Of a DNA stretch of 64,000 nucleotides, positions 1 to 14,200 are shown in pieces. The DNA comes from Eukaryota sp. TZLM1-RC (taxonomy: Eukaryota > Protista > Metamonada: BaSk clade): contig JAUPSS010000004.1 in assembly GCA_040285825.1 (NCBI GenBank), positions 186,001 to 250,000 of the forward strand, in the 5' to 3' direction. Under the pieces are notes generated by a model, which worked only from the letters and a program-made list of their open reading frames with translations, was not told where the DNA came from and did no database searches. The translations under genes were made by a program, and so were the position numbers. Position 1 is the first letter of the stretch. Each line of letters begins with the position of its first letter.

Positions 1-48
1 AAAACCTAGGCAATCTATTAATAATGGCAAATTGAATTCGTTAGCTCC
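1..48 (-). mobile_element. 3' fragment of non-LTR retrotransposon family A (cut by window edge)
   Basis: Reverse complement reads RIQFAIINRLPRF, matching the C-terminus of the family A ORF at 31073-32071. Confidence 0.7.
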
Positions 49-696
49 TTAATATGTGAGTAAACTTACTTGAGTAAAAGGTTTTCCCAATAAAATACTT
101 GATATGTTTAATTGTATCAAGTTTGGAGCCAATTTTAAACTCAACCTTAATCAATTCTTTTGTCATTTTGGCGTCATTTCAAGGCCATGAACCTGGTAAA
201 CGAAAGATTAAATCCTTAGATTAAATGAAAAAGAAAATTTCAACACCATCAACATTTAAGCTGTTGTTTAACATTGCCAATCAGCAGACATTTGACTGGA
301 TTTATCAGCGTAAATGACAAAGTAAAAGAAAGAACCTTCGGCGGCAACCTCAATCAAGACATCACGAAGGGCTATCAATGGGAGCGTATCCCTATATGCT
401 ACTATTTTCAACATATGAAAAAGTTTACTAAAAAAATATAAAAAATAAAAAAAAATAAGAACAAAATAAATCAAGGACTGGTGGATTGAAAAACAGTCAG
501 CCAAAAGAATAACTGCAAAATAAATACGAACAGTGTGTAAGATTCAAAATGTATGATACCATACATTAACAAAGTCATTTTGACAAATGAGGAATTTTTC
601 TGGATTAAATCATAAAATACAATTCTGTGAATCAATTTACAAAGATTCATTCAAGTCAGAATATTTTATAATTTTGACTATTAGCAACTGGAACCA

Positions 697-1990
697 TCAA
701 TATTGTGAGATTGAGAACAGGTGATAAGAACTTTGCAGCATCAGGAGCAACACGATTGAAAAAATGAGACGAGTAATAGGAGTATATCTTAGTGAGACTA
801 AATTTTGGGAATATTCAGCTGGATCATCATAGATTCTTCTAAATCGAGGGAAATAACGAGAAATAAAAGAAGGAAATGTGACTTTGTCTTTGGAACACTG
901 AGTAACAGTATTCATTGCTTCTTTCTGTTACAATTATAGGTGTATCAGATCAGAACTTACACACTTGTGGTTTTGAACCATTGCAATATTCTTCTGAAAG
1001 AAGTTTTGTTATTTTGCCAGCAGTTGGATCAACCAATTTTTTTGCTATTCTTACTAAATAACGTGTGGATTTCTGAGTAATAAATCAAATGAAAATGCTA
1101 CTCTGTTGAATCAATCGTCAAACCATTGGACATTACTAAAACTAACTGAGTCAGAGTTATATTTTGACAGAGTTTGACATTTCCCTTTAACTTGTTTTTT
1201 TAACATCGTTTGCTCTGAATGCTACGAGGAATTCTATAAGGTGTGGATGATGATAGCTGTTGATTTCTGTATAAACAATAACCGAGCAGCAGACTCTCTG
1301 TTTTGTTACCCAATGATCTCAAATTAAGAAGGTCATTTGATTTGGTGATAACATTGAGTTTATTAGATGTTTCAATGGTGAAGTTCCTACACATCTACGT
1401 CTCCTCCATTTTTCTCTCAACAATTGCACCAAAAACCAAGGATCTGATAATTAAATCATCTGGATCAACTTGTATTGTTTTGTTGCGTTGTTCTTTGGTC
1501 GTGAATGGTGTGGGTTACTTTGCTTGAGAGCATAAGTGCTTTGGAGAGTTGGTTGGCTCTTTTCTTCAGAAATTGAATTTTATGCTGGTAAAATGAAACA
1601 TCAGTGGCCATTAGAATAAATGTGTTATCAGGTAAGAGTTCCACAGCTTTGATTTCAATATATGTCTTGTTGTCCACAGAGAGCAGGAATGTCTGGTCCT
1701 TGAACTGATCCAAGTCTACGTCGCTTCGTACTTTTCCCAGGACGTCCATGAGGTTTGACAATTCTTTTAATGACGAATTTGATGTAAACATCTCTGCGAG
1801 ATTCTTTGCATCTAGCTGACGAGCTCCCAATAGAGAGAGAAGTGGAGGGGAGATGTTTAGAACATCCAGATTACAACTACAAACCACATATGGAAGCCAT
1901 TCTAAGTAAGAGGCTATCATAAGGACAAGTTGAAACTTTGGACTGTAGATCTCTTCATATCAAGAGATCTTGTCATCACTATTGTCATGT
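697..1990 (-). pseudogene. Decayed protein-coding region, N-terminal part weakly PAS-like
   Basis: Successive coding-like minus-strand ORFs (1465-1920, 1200-1394, 697-915) separated by stops and frameshifts. ...VLNISPPLLSLLG...YIEIKAVELLPDNTFILMATDVS resembles a PAS fold followed by a helix (by eye only). Confidence 0.25.
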
Positions 1991-4900
1991 CGTTTTAGTT
2001 TGAGCACTCGGATTGGTTAATGTTTCTGTTGTTGCTTCTTGTCTATACGTCATAAATAAACGTCATTAAACGACCTAACACCAAATAAAGCTTATTTAAA
2101 AGACGGTTTTTCTTATATCGTAATGTACTTTTTCTTATAACTTCCTTTACCAATAACCAATAGATCTTTGGCTTAAATTTTACTGCAAAAGTCCAATAAA
2201 GAAATGGACCTTATTTGAAATTTGAAATTTGATTCTATTGTATTTCCTTTTTCTTAAGCTCCAAGGACGTGGCTTTCGTGGCTCTGGTTTTACATTTGAA
2301 GTAACCACCTATGTTCTCTTTAAACAACATCTCCATTTCCCTCTACTTTTCCATTCATATATTGTCGTATATCTTTATTAAGACGAATTTTTAAACTGAA
2401 TAATAAGATTTCTATCATTCCAGAAAATCTACAAATGCTCATGATTGTACCTCAAGCACAGTAAATAATCAGAAGAGACAAAAACTGATTTTCATATTTC
2501 CTTTGTGATCAACAAAAATAGTATTGAATCCCAACAAATTGTTAACTTCCATTGCGATGTAACAAAACATTTCTTCCACATCGATGTTACACACATTGGG
2601 TAATACAAGTAAAAACAAAGCACAAAAAAAACTGTATTGGACTCAATACCAACAATTACCAATATTTTGTAGATACAAAGAAATTGGATTTCATACACGT
2701 TTTTCCACTCTTTTTACATTTTTCTTCTAATTGGTTTCAATATAAAAGTGTTGAAGTCAAACATATTTCAGAATTGACTTATATGAATATAAATAAAATG
2801 AAAAGGAAAATATTAAAATCTAGTCATAGTTGAAAAGCTTTTGAAAAATCCTTTAACAGTATCACGTGCAACGAACAGTTTAAACCAATAATTCTTAGTG
2901 TTTGTATTGTTTGAAATATTTGTGATTCACTGTAGATTCTAGTGGTCTATAGTACAGAGTCTAACCCTGACACTCCAAATTAACACCAACCACTCTGAAA
3001 AAAATACACCTCAGGATGTTGGTTTGTTATTGTGTGGTTTAGTCGGGACTTGAAGTTATTGCATTGGCGTTATCTTTTCAACAGGAAAACAATCGAATAA
3101 TATTGCTTCTTTGGAGAACCCATACAATCTACTTGTATCTATTGTATTCTACATTTTTGCAAGCCGTCTACCACACTAGCTTCAATCTTCTTCCCTTCTT
3201 GTCTTTATTTTACTTTAGATAATATGAACATTCAGCTCAATTCATCGACCTACTGATTCTTTATCATCCACAATTTGTTCAGTCTTTTAGATTTCTTCAT
3301 TTTTTATTTTTTTATTTTTATTTTTATTTTTATTTTGTTTCTTCATTTTTGACTTCACCAAGATATAAGATTATTTGTGATTATAAACCTGACTAATTAT
3401 TTGGACAGTATCATTGCTATGTTTGTTTCCATTTTGACAGTACATAATTGCTACACATCCATTTGTGTGCTTAAACAAAAACTTTTATATTGTGCATTGT
3501 TTTCTTCTTCTTCAAAAATAATCCATACTGATTTTGTGGGTCATCAATTTGTGTTGGTTATTTTTTTTATCATTCATTCATTTTATTTCATTTCTAGATA
3601 ACTAAATCAATCAATTTTTGAATAAGGATTTGCCATTCAAAATCAAAGTGGAATACTGAGCTTGCAACACTTTTAAGTCAAAACGCTGAATCTAAAATTT
3701 TACTTCATTAAACAACCATACGCAATATTCTTCGGCAGAAAAATTGCGATACGAGCATTTGAGAGCTTGAAATATTAATTATTTATAGATGGTTTTCATT
3801 GTAGATCTTGCAATGGGTAATCTTTTCATCAATGAAACGCAACTATCAGCAAATATTCTTCTGACAAAAATTTCAAAAGGCATTGATTTAGACAGAAAAT
3901 CTAAATTTGACAAAAACAATTCAAAAACCTTGATATTTCGTACGTTTTAATTTATGTCTACTATCCGAATTCTGTTTCAGTTTAGACGGTAACTGACCAT
4001 TCCAAACTGTCTTGATTCTTGTTCCATCTGTATCTTTTGGAATAAGAATTAGATCAGGTGATAACTTAGTCACATCCAAAAAAATTAACTTGATGATTTG
4101 TGTGGTAGGAAAAATTGTAGTAAACATCTCAATGATCTAGAGAACGAAGTAAGAGGTTAACAATATTCTCTAAAACGGAATCATGTCTCCATTTAAGTCT
4201 ATAGTATATTCCAGGAATTTGTTAACTTGTACAACTGCAGTCAATGAAGCATAACGTTGTTGGTCCAAATTGACATTATGAGCACACGGGAAGCAACAGT
4301 TTAGATCCATCAAGCATTTCTCGACAGAATTTTCCATCGATAAAGATTATCAGAAGTAGCTTATACATTCAACCAAGAATTTATTGCAAACTTGATGATT
4401 CTAGGACGTAGATCAATCAAACATTGATTAAATTTTCAAAAACTAATCATTAAATAAATAATTATTGATTTTATTGACCATTGTCCACAATTCAACTAAT
4501 GATTTATTTGTCCTAGTAACATTTATTTATATTTAATTTTATTTTATTTGACTTTTTCAAAAATTCGGTATCTTTGCTCACATTATGATAGTTGAGACGT
4601 TCTTGTTTATGAATTTACGATGTATTTAGATGTTATTGTTCAATGGATTATAAACGGACAGTTAATGTGGAATGTTTGTGTACAGAAGTACTATAATAAG
4701 TATCTTTATCATCAATGTTATTACATCCTTGGTGGAGGGACAAGGTTAACTAAGAGGTAGAGGGACGATACTGAGGATAAAAACTCTGCAGTTTTGGCAT
4801 GGATTTGAAGAACTGAAAAAGAGAAAATGAGCGTGGACAAATGAAACAATTCTACTTTCTCAGGGTATTGAGAAGGGTTAAAGTATTTGGCATATGGAGA

Positions 4901-5680
4901 CGATGAGAAGGTAAGACAATGCCTGAAAGGGCCTAGATTAGAGAACAACAAGCGAATCCAAAGACAAACCAACAAGAATACTGGTGAAGAGAGTGAAAAG
5001 TGAAAACCTCCCAAAACCAAGTTGAGGGTTAAAAATCTGCCAGAATAGGCATTTAAAAGTCGAAAATTAGGTGACAAGTCAAAAATTCATAAATAAGGAT
5101 TAAATGGATTCGCTGCTTAGTGAAACCATCCAGGAAAAAGCTTGCACTGAGCCCTACTGGGAGCTCATTTCCAGTTCTCCTAAGATTGCACCTTCACGTG
5201 TGAGTTCTTGTTCAACCAAAGGTAGCAAGCGAACTTCCTCTCATGAAGAACCTATCTATCTTTTGGTTGGTCAGATTGATTCTTCCTCTATTTTGGTTGA
5301 GAAGGGCCAATTTGTTCAAGTAGTCCATCACGAAGTTTTTATAAATTGATTTTTAATTAAATATTGAACATTTTTGATCAATAAACATTTTATAAATGCT
5401 TCCAGAAAACACAATATCTATGAATTTGGTCGTGTCTGGGGCACGAACCTGGAAGCTGTAGGTGTTTCACACATCAGTGTTTCTACTCACAACCTCTTTA
5501 TAGAAAGGGCAATTCATTTTGTGTCTATTTTGGAGAGGTTGATGACCTATTTGATAAATGAATTTATGTCTTTTAATTCAAAAATATATAAATTTAATTC
5601 CTTTTAATAATAAAATATATATATTTTCCAAAAATTAATTCATCAGGGGGATGGCAACAAAGTGATGATGTCAAAGTCAG

Positions 5681-6289
5681 ATGCTCAACAGATCATCAAC
5701 TCCATGGTCACATCACAAAATACTTGTTTGTCCGATCGCATCAGCCCTATTATTTTTTAGGCGATTTGTTCAAAAGCAATTTTGCTCACAATTGAACCTT
5801 TCTGGCAACAAAGAAAACACTTTGATTCTTTTACCCTACAATGATGCGTTTCATCATTCTAATATGATTACATCTGTTGAAACAATTTACTTATTTTATT
5901 TATTTATTTTATTTATTTATTTATTTATTTATTTACTTATTTTATTTATTTATTTATTTTATTTATTTTATTTTATTTATTTTATTTATTTATTTATTTA
6001 TTTATTTATTTTATTTTATTTATTTATTTTATTTATTTATTTTATTTATTTATTTTATTTTATTTATTTTATTGGGCAACATTGGGTACTTGATGCATTT
6101 TGGATCAAATCCAGAACAGCACAAGTTTTTCTTTTTGATAGTCTTCATCATAATGATGAAGAACACCAAAAAATGAATTCATTAATTTTGGAAAAATTCA
6201 GCATCAATATTAATCAGACTTTATTTGAATTTTTCAATCCAAGTTATATGATTGTGGAATATTCACCATATTGTTTGCAAAAAGAATGA
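5681..6289 (+). pseudogene. Decayed Ulp1/C48-peptidase-like sequence (often transposon-associated) interrupted by a microsatellite
   Basis: Motifs LILLPYN...GQHWVL...VFLFDSL flank the TTTA tract; no intact catalytic QxxxxDCG motif is visible downstream. Confidence 0.3.
5885..6073. repeat. (TTTA/TTTTA)n microsatellite, ~190 bp
   Basis: Directly visible; it produces the spurious FIYL-repeat ORFs. Confidence 0.95.
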
Positions 6290-7012
6290 TCAATTTGCTT
6301 TTGTCAAATCAGCTTAATTCAATTGATTCAGCTCATGTTAAACATTTCGTCAATCAAGACAAAAGTTGTTTTTATAGCTGTGTTGACAATGAACGAAAAT
6401 CATTTGAGACAAAGAAATGCTCCTTTGCATAAAAAACCATCAGAAAAAGGCGAGCTGATGTATTGAGCAGACCTTTGAATCCAATGAGAATCCGCTGACT
6501 CAATTTAAATACTCCTTAGTGACACCATCAAATGTCAAAACATAATTTACTCTCAGAATTCTACATTTTGATATTGAAACTTTCGTGTTGGGTAAAAAGC
6601 TCAGTGATGAGGATTAAATATTTGTCATTTCTGCAAGAGAACATTCCATCTCTTACTGTCAATCTACAAGAAAGATGTTTCGAATTTTGTTTCGGGGAAA
6701 ACAGTTGAAACATTCCGATAGTGCAAAAATCCAAGGTCATGGAAGAGGCAGGAGATGTCTATTCGTCACGGGCTTACTATGAGTAAATCATGCGAAAGTT
6801 TATGGAATAGAGATCGAAATGCTTCGCTCAATAAGTTGGCAGTGATGAAAGCACATGTGAAAGGTAGAGATAGACCAGTATACCTACAAATGGCCAAGGT
6901 TGTTGAAGGTTCAAAGAAAAAGGTATCAAGGTGAAAATCTTCAAAAACTCAGTCCCTCTACATTGGTCTTAAAAGGACACTTATTTCATAGTTATAGACA
7001 ACATCGTTAAGA

Positions 7013-9751
7013 ATGATAGTTGACTCTTCAATATTAGACCTATCTGTACCATATGGCAAACGTCTAAGGGCCTTCAAATCTCTACTCTCCACTATTCGCA
7101 ACTCTCCATCTGATAACTCAGTCTTACTGTTTGCCTCAACTGCCAAAACTCTTTCCTCTCTCCTCCATGTACCGGAAACTGATGGTGAGAAGCAGTTTGA
7201 GGACTATTTTCGTTTACATGCTTCTCAACAGCTTACTTCCCTCTTATCTTCCGGCTGTGGTGATCTCTCATCCCATCTACACTACCTACTCCCCCCTGTT
7301 CTCCAACGTCTCCAACGGGATGTTCATGGAAACATAGTAGAACAAGCAGAAGAGGTACGTCTATCATGCCTTAATCTCTTCTCCTCTCTCATAAATGCTA
7401 TTCTCCACCATGGCACCAATGCACCTTCCCTTCTCTCCCCTTACATCTCCATGTCAGCTCTCGTTTTTTGTTCGCTTCTTCAAGATCCCATGCCTGACAT
7501 TCGTCTCCTCTCCCCTTCTGTGATGACACTTTTCATGTATACACTCTCCCCACACCGTCTTTCCAATGCAGAAATGGGCCCAGGTTATGTTGATGAAGAT
7601 GGTCTCTATGAAGGTAACGTCTTGGCTCAATTCGCTGAACCTTTAATAAATTCCATTAATAAAGGTTTAAAGATTAAAGGTCACCAAAAGTGTAGAAGGT
7701 CATTGTTAAATGGGTTGCTGTATCTTGTCATTGCTGGAGGTCATTCAGTTGCTCACCTTTGGAGTGATTTTTTATTTGAATTTATAAAAGATGATTCTTT
7801 TCATGTTAGACTTGAAATTGTGAATGTATGCTCTCGATTGTTACTTTCCATTCCTAATTGGAGAGACTTTTGTGGCGAAATGATCTCTATTATACTAATA
7901 GGGATCAATGATGACGTGTTAGAGGTCAGAAATGTAGCTCAAAAATGTTTGATTTGTTTAGGGGAACGGTATAGTGTAATGTTTCCAAATATTTGTAAGG
8001 ATAAGGAAAATTTTGCGAATGAGCTCTTCTTTGACCAAATTTCTAGTATTGATCACCCAATCATTCAAATTTTGGAGGTGATCCCTTCTAGTTCTTGGTT
8101 ATTCGTCCGAAGTTTTTTAAATAATATAATTGAATATTTATCAAATTTAGTTGTTAATTGGACAATTAACTCCCGTTTGAGCGGGGTAAAAGGTCTTTTA
8201 TCTTGTATTTTGATTGGAAATTCTCTTTGTGTTGGTCATATTTCTTTAATTTTGAACTCCTTGCTTTTGATCTTTAATGAAGAAGATCAACAGTTGGTGA
8301 CTGGGTCAGAAATGGTCACATTTTTGATTGCTAAATTGATTGAACCTATGATTGTCTTGGATTCTATTTGTAAGTTATCCAAAGGTAATTTGTTCTCGAA
8401 TAATATTCGATTTTTAAACATTATCATTAGAAATACTGAATTTAAGGTGGTTTTATTTAATTCTTTTTGTGAATTCTTTTTTCATAATTTTGATAACAGT
8501 TCAATTGATGCTACACTCTCTGATCTTTATTCTGATCTTTTGTTGTCATTGACAAATGTCAGTGTGATCCTTTCTAGTCAAGCAAATGTCACTGACCTGA
8601 AGGGATCACTTTCCAAAATTTTGAACTCTGTTCTACTAACTGGCCAAATATTTGGTGTGAACCCAACTATAACAACCATCCTAAACTCTTTTAAATCAAA
8701 TTTCTCTTCTGTATTAATTGAAATTGGTTCCATCATCTCGGAAGAATTAGTTTCCTTAAACAATTTCAAATCAAAATGCCCTCAGTTAAGTGCTCTTATT
8801 CGGTTAATTGAATTGGTTCCTGAATCAGTAATAGATCATTTAGACTCACTTTTGAACCTTATTTTTGACCGCTTTTCACGTGATGTCAAGCAGATTCCAC
8901 AAGAAGAAGAGGAAAATGAAGGAAAATTAAGATTTGAATTGCTTTGCATTATAAATTCTTTGTGTTCAAAAGAATTTTCTATGAATCTTTCAAGTGACCA
9001 AGTCAATTCCATTTTATTAAAATTAATTATTCCCTCAATGCACTGGTTCAGAGGTCTTGCTTTTGCAAACATCAGAGTCAAGGCTAGTCAATGTTTCCTA
9101 TCAATTCTGCAATCAAACCGGTTAGAACAATCATTTTTGACTGGTTTCCTTTTTGATTTAATACCACCTTTTACTGGAAGTATTTTAAATGGTGAGGAAT
9201 ATCAGGCAAAAGTTTATGGTTTGTTGTCAGCTGAATTGATTATTATCTCCATATTAGAGTTTCTTAATCAAGATGAGAATCCAAATTTAGGTGAATTGCT
9301 TCAAATTTTGGTTGATCTCTGTCAATCTTTGATTTTCTTGATTTCTGATCCTAAAGTTGATATCAAAAAGAAAGCGATTGAAATTCTGAAACAACCCCTT
9401 TTGTTCATCTTCAAGTTAAATAGTGAAATTTTACCACGCTCAAATTTTGAGAAGAAAGATCAAGAAGAGATCAAAAATGGAGGTGAAAGTGAAGAAAGGT
9501 ACAGAAGAATCAACCAACCTATTGATAAGCCTTATGTCACTAATTTTAAAATGGTAGTTAAAGAGTTAATCACCTTGAAACACGATGAAGAAGTTGCTCA
9601 GCTGGTGGATGGAGTTATTAATGAATTTATTGAAGTTTTACCATTAAAATCAAAAATTAAAGATTTATTAGTGGAAGAATCTGAATTTTTTAATACTTTT
9701 TTCCCAAATTCGGCAGTAATTTCGGAACTACAAGATTTGGTTTGTTTGTAG
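7013..9751 (+). CDS. DNAAF5: Dynein axonemal assembly factor 5 (HEATR2-like HEAT-repeat protein)
   Basis: 912-aa intronless HEAT-rich ORF with EQAEEVRL, LQDPMPDIR, HQKCRR and DDSFHVRL...GINDDVLEVR, the pattern of DNAAF5 N-terminal repeats. Confidence 0.8.
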   Translation: MIVDSSILDLSVPYGKRLRAFKSLLSTIRNSPSDNSVLLFASTAKTLSSLLHVPETDGEKQFEDYFRLHASQQLTSLLSSGCGDLSSHLHYLLPPVLQRLQRDVHGNIVEQAEEVRLSCLNLFSSLINAILHHGTNAPSLLSPYISMSALVFCSLLQDPMPDIRLLSPSVMTLFMYTLSPHRLSNAEMGPGYVDEDGLYEGNVLAQFAEPLINSINKGLKIKGHQKCRRSLLNGLLYLVIAGGHSVAHLWSDFLFEFIKDDSFHVRLEIVNVCSRLLLSIPNWRDFCGEMISIILIGINDDVLEVRNVAQKCLICLGERYSVMFPNICKDKENFANELFFDQISSIDHPIIQILEVIPSSSWLFVRSFLNNIIEYLSNLVVNWTINSRLSGVKGLLSCILIGNSLCVGHISLILNSLLLIFNEEDQQLVTGSEMVTFLIAKLIEPMIVLDSICKLSKGNLFSNNIRFLNIIIRNTEFKVVLFNSFCEFFFHNFDNSSIDATLSDLYSDLLLSLTNVSVILSSQANVTDLKGSLSKILNSVLLTGQIFGVNPTITTILNSFKSNFSSVLIEIGSIISEELVSLNNFKSKCPQLSALIRLIELVPESVIDHLDSLLNLIFDRFSRDVKQIPQEEEENEGKLRFELLCIINSLCSKEFSMNLSSDQVNSILLKLIIPSMHWFRGLAFANIRVKASQCFLSILQSNRLEQSFLTGFLFDLIPPFTGSILNGEEYQAKVYGLLSAELIIISILEFLNQDENPNLGELLQILVDLCQSLIFLISDPKVDIKKKAIEILKQPLLFIFKLNSEILPRSNFEKKDQEEIKNGGESEERYRRINQPIDKPYVTNFKMVVKELITLKHDEEVAQLVDGVINEFIEVLPLKSKIKDLLVEESEFFNTFFPNSAVISELQDLVCL

Positions 9752-10619
9752 CTTTTTTTCTTTTTATTATTATTTTATAGGTTTTATTATGTTTTTTGCT
9801 GTACATTTTGCTTGTTTATCCCCTTTTTTTAAGAGTTTTTTTGTTATAAATTAACCTTTTCTTTTTATAAATATTGTTTAACTAAATGTAAATGTACTTC
9901 GTCCCCATCTACACCATTTCAATTCGATGAATCTGTACAACCTCCAGACGTTTCTTCCTCTAAAGACGAACCAGAGACTCTCTTAATGGAGGATGATGAG
10001 TCTGATATCGAGACATGGCTTGAGGATCTCATCTCATGAACTGTGTTGTGTGGTAACTCGGAGAATGCTGCTTTCTATCCATGCTTATTAATACAATACT
10101 GCTCTTAGCTTTCTTTTCCACACTTACAAACCTTTCCATCACCTTAGGTTTGTAATTATTATGAATATGAGAGTGGGTAATTCTGAACATGTTCTGAGCA
10201 TTGTTAAACATAGACACCACGTTCACTGTCTGGACAGTGTAGCAGTCCACGGTATTACTTGTTTTATCATCTTTCTTAGATTCCAAATTTGTGGTACATG
10301 ATTTTTTCAAGATTTTGAATAAAAACAGCACCGTGATCCTGCTTTTTGACCAACATTAAAGGTATTTCTTCTAAGTCTTCTTTTTTTGTTTGAATCTTTT
10401 CTAGGTATTGGGGTCTTTTATAGAAATGGATATTTAGTCACATGGTAAGCAATGTCACAAGAGGGAACATCAATTCTGAAAACCACTAATATCTTTGCTA
10501 TATACAATATAATGTGATCTCAAATGTAACCTCTTATTATCCGATTGTATTACCTCTATATTGAACTAATTAAACACAAAATCTTCATATACACTTCTTT
10601 AAAACAATTGAACAATACT

Positions 10620-11201
10620 AGTTCGAACTCTATAATTTGTTATCCTGATGTTGTGGCGCCTGCTAATGTAGCTAATTATCAGACACTCTTCCACAATTAT
10701 TTAATTCATTGGGACACTTCCAACGTTCACAGCGGTAAGAAGAAGAAACAACAAACTCTTACTACAATGTTCCCTACGGCTTCTTGAGAGATAAGTTAAT
10801 TCAAGAAACACTTAAACTGGGAGAACCTTTGGAAGATGATTACTTTCTTGTTCTTGATACAGATGTCGTTAGCTTATTTCCTCCCAATGATAGTAGGTTT
10901 CTCTCATTCGTCAGTCCTCAATCAAAGGACATCATTACTGAGTACCATCGCCACATAGAATTGAATAGAAATTCTGCCAGCCCTCTTCCTTCCATTGTTT
11001 CCTCTGGATGGATTGTTGATAGTGATGATGAAGTGTTTTCAGCTGGCTATCGTCTACGAAGAAATGTTTTGGCTTTGTTTCATAACTTCTTTACTAATCT
11101 ATATGTGTCATGTGAACCTGGAATGCTTATACATTTACCAACAGCATAGAAGACTCTCAACAATGTCGGGGTGTTGTTTGCCAAAGGAGTTTACATTTTA
11201 G
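10620..11201 (+). pseudogene. Frameshifted GT-A-like glycosyltransferase remnant
   Basis: NVPYGFLRDKLIQ...DYFLVLDTDVV (beta-strand + DxD) is spread over three broken frames (10545-10787, 10784-11149, 10995-11201). Confidence 0.25.
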
Positions 11202-11258
11202 AGAGAATTTGGATTTGTTTTGCGCAAATAAAACTCTTCTTTATTGCACGTTAAATTA

Positions 11259-14200
11259 ATGGAGCTTGACATCAGTGACTCACTGGTTCAGTGTCCAGAA
11301 TGCTACATCTCAAAGGAGTCTCTTACTTCATTTACCCTCACCAATACCTCTCTTCGTAAGATAAACTTCACCTTCCACCAACATCCCTCTGAAGAAGCTG
11401 ATACCAAAGCTTACGAACAACTCATTTCCAACGATTCCCTCCTTTCTCCTGAGGAAGCCTCCCTCTTCAACCATCCTCACTTTTCTGTTTCTCCTCTTCA
11501 CGGTACCCTCTATCCACATTCCTCTCTTCAGGTTGTGGTCACCTTCAAGCCAGACTACGAAGGAGATCACGAAACCACGTTATATTGCTCTACTGATTCT
11601 CCACAGTCTCCCAATGTCACGTCATCTTTTCATAAAACATCTATTTCTGACCCCCATCCACGTGTAGCTGTTACTATTTTTGGATCTGGCATTGTTCCTA
11701 ACATTTCTCTATCAAATTCATTGTTAAACTTGGAAAAGGTTACTTGGAGCAGTTCAACGCAATTTGAATTGCGCTTTATGAACCCATGTCCCGTAGATGC
11801 TGAACTTCTTAGCAAAAGTCAAGGGAAGTCAACAGAATCACGTGATGTTTTTGAGCTGTTGGAGTTTGAGAGTGAAAATTTCGTAGTTCCCGCAGAAAGT
11901 GGGCTCGTCTTGTCAGGTCAATATTGCAGTTCAATATTGGGAAATTTTGAGACTGTACATGACTGGTGTATAAAGGGTTCAAAAAGAACAGTTTCCTTGA
12001 AAGTCAAGGGTATGGTGACGTCACCATCGCTCAAAATCGACACTGATTTGATTGATTTCGACTTTTGCTCACTTGGTTTTCCTGCATCTCAATCCTTTAC
12101 TCTTACTAATTCCTCTCCAATCACGTTGAATTTAGACCTCTCAATCAAAAATGATGGAAGTTTACTTCGGAAGGAGTTTGATTTGAGTGATTCGATTGTT
12201 ACTTTGCAACCAAATGAATTTTGCAAAATCAAACTCAAATACTTGCCCCAAAAAGAAGGAATTTTGGATAATATGCTGGTTATTAAGTCGAATAATTTAT
12301 CTCTATTAGAAGTTGCCATTAAAGGAAACGTTGTAGTACCAATGCTAGAAGTAAATCCTGGTGAATTAATTATCAAAGATATCTTTATCAGAAAAACTGA
12401 AAGAACTTATTTTAAAATTGTCAATCCAAATAATCTTTATTCAAGATTTGAAATTGTTCCACCTCCTAAAGCTCTCTCTAATTTGAACAAACTAGAGTTT
12501 TCAACTGTTTCTGGTGTGGTTCCTCCCAATCAATCAATTTTGATTGACCTTGATGTGACGTCATTCACCCGTGGAATCCATTCTCTTTGTTTTTATGTAG
12601 TTTGTAGTAAATCTTGTGGTCAAGCAAAGTCAAGCGATGACGTGGCAGAAGGTCAAAATTCTGATGGATTGAGATTTCAAGTTCCAGTCACGATTGAGTC
12701 TAGCGGTCCTTTGATTTCCGTTGACCAAGAATCTATTTCCTTTGGTAAAATTCCCGTTTTAAATGAATATTCAAAAACCTTGAAAATCACAAATTCAGCA
12801 CCAATTCAAGCTAAATTAAGTGCTTATTTAGAAGGAAAATCAACAAAGAAGACTTCTGTTGACCCATTCTTGTTGTCAGAACAAGAGTTCATAATTCCAC
12901 CGAATACCACGTCATCACTTGACATTTTGGCCCTTATTTCTGACCCTTTACCAGTTTCTGATCTCTTAGTTTTGACTTTTGAAGATGCTGACGATATTAA
13001 CCTGCCTATTTCGGCAAGAGGAACGGGGGTTTCCCTTTACTTTCCTGATTTGGAACTTGTTGATTGTCAATCAAATGTTGATTTTGGACATTGTTTCACA
13101 AATAACCCTATTGAGTACTATTTAAAGGCCGAAAACAGAGGGTCAGTTAATCAAACCGTATCGTGGACTGTAAAATCAAATCAATCAAATGATCAATCAG
13201 ATTCTGTTTTTTCGATTTCACCTGCCAGAGTTTCTCTTGAACCTCTGCACTTCCAAATTTTCAAGATTGTTGGTGTGAGCTCTACTTGTCAGTTGTCACG
13301 ATCCCAATTGATCTGTAGCTCCAGTTCAACAAAAAACCCACCACAAGTAGGTTTAAATTTAAATCTCTCGGCAGATTTTATTATCCCCAAAGTCTCAATC
13401 AGTCAGAAAACTCTTGACTTTACCTCTTTTTGGACTTTTAACATTGAATCTGACGGATTTCCTTTGCTTCATTTACTTTTAAAGTTTGTAAATTCTTGTC
13501 CTATTGCCATCTCTTGTAGACCTACACTACCATTAATTCCAGGGTTGGGAATTAATCCATCAAATGAGGGATTTTTTGAACTCCAACCAGGTCAATCAAT
13601 CGAGTTTTCAATCATTTTTGATCCCAATCAACTTGCTGTTGCTAAAAAAGGAATTTATATTAGTGATTTTGTTTATATTTTGTATCAAAACCATTCAAGA
13701 AAAGATAAGATCCCTTTAAATATTGTTATCGAGTTCCCCAACCTTGTTTTTGAAAATTTAAATATTGATTTTGGTGGTTGTACACCCAATATTTCAGCAA
13801 ATAGAACCCAAACGGTCAAAAATGAGTCGAATTGTGAACTTTCTGCTGAATTTTGTTTAGTTTCTGAGTCGAATGATGGTCTTATTCCAATTCATGTACG
13901 TGAGAAGGGCTCAGTCACTGAATCAACCAATCAAAAAATGATTAGAGCCTCTGATGTTTTCTCAATTTCTCCTTTTAGATTTAAATTGAAGCCCTTTGAG
14001 GAAAAGCAATTGAATTTTTCGTTTCTTGCACCTTTTCTTGGCGAATACAATTGTTTTGTCATTTGTAAAATTTTCGGTACAGCTCACCAGGAGCTCAATT
14101 TGACTGGTTTTGCAGGGGAAACTGGCTATCATTTTGATTGTCAGTCGGTCAATCTTGGCAAGGTTTTGATTAACGATACAATTGTCAAGGGTGTCAAATT

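Noticed and set aside
697-1990. Possible stop-codon reassignment (in-frame TAG/TGA between coding-like segments)
   Set aside because: Conserved genes end at TAA or TAG at expected positions, long ORFs contain no internal stops, and the same regions also have frameshifts. Decay explains them better.
5681-6289. Hydrophobic FIYL-repeat 'membrane protein' ORFs
   Set aside because: They are translations of the (TTTA)n microsatellite.
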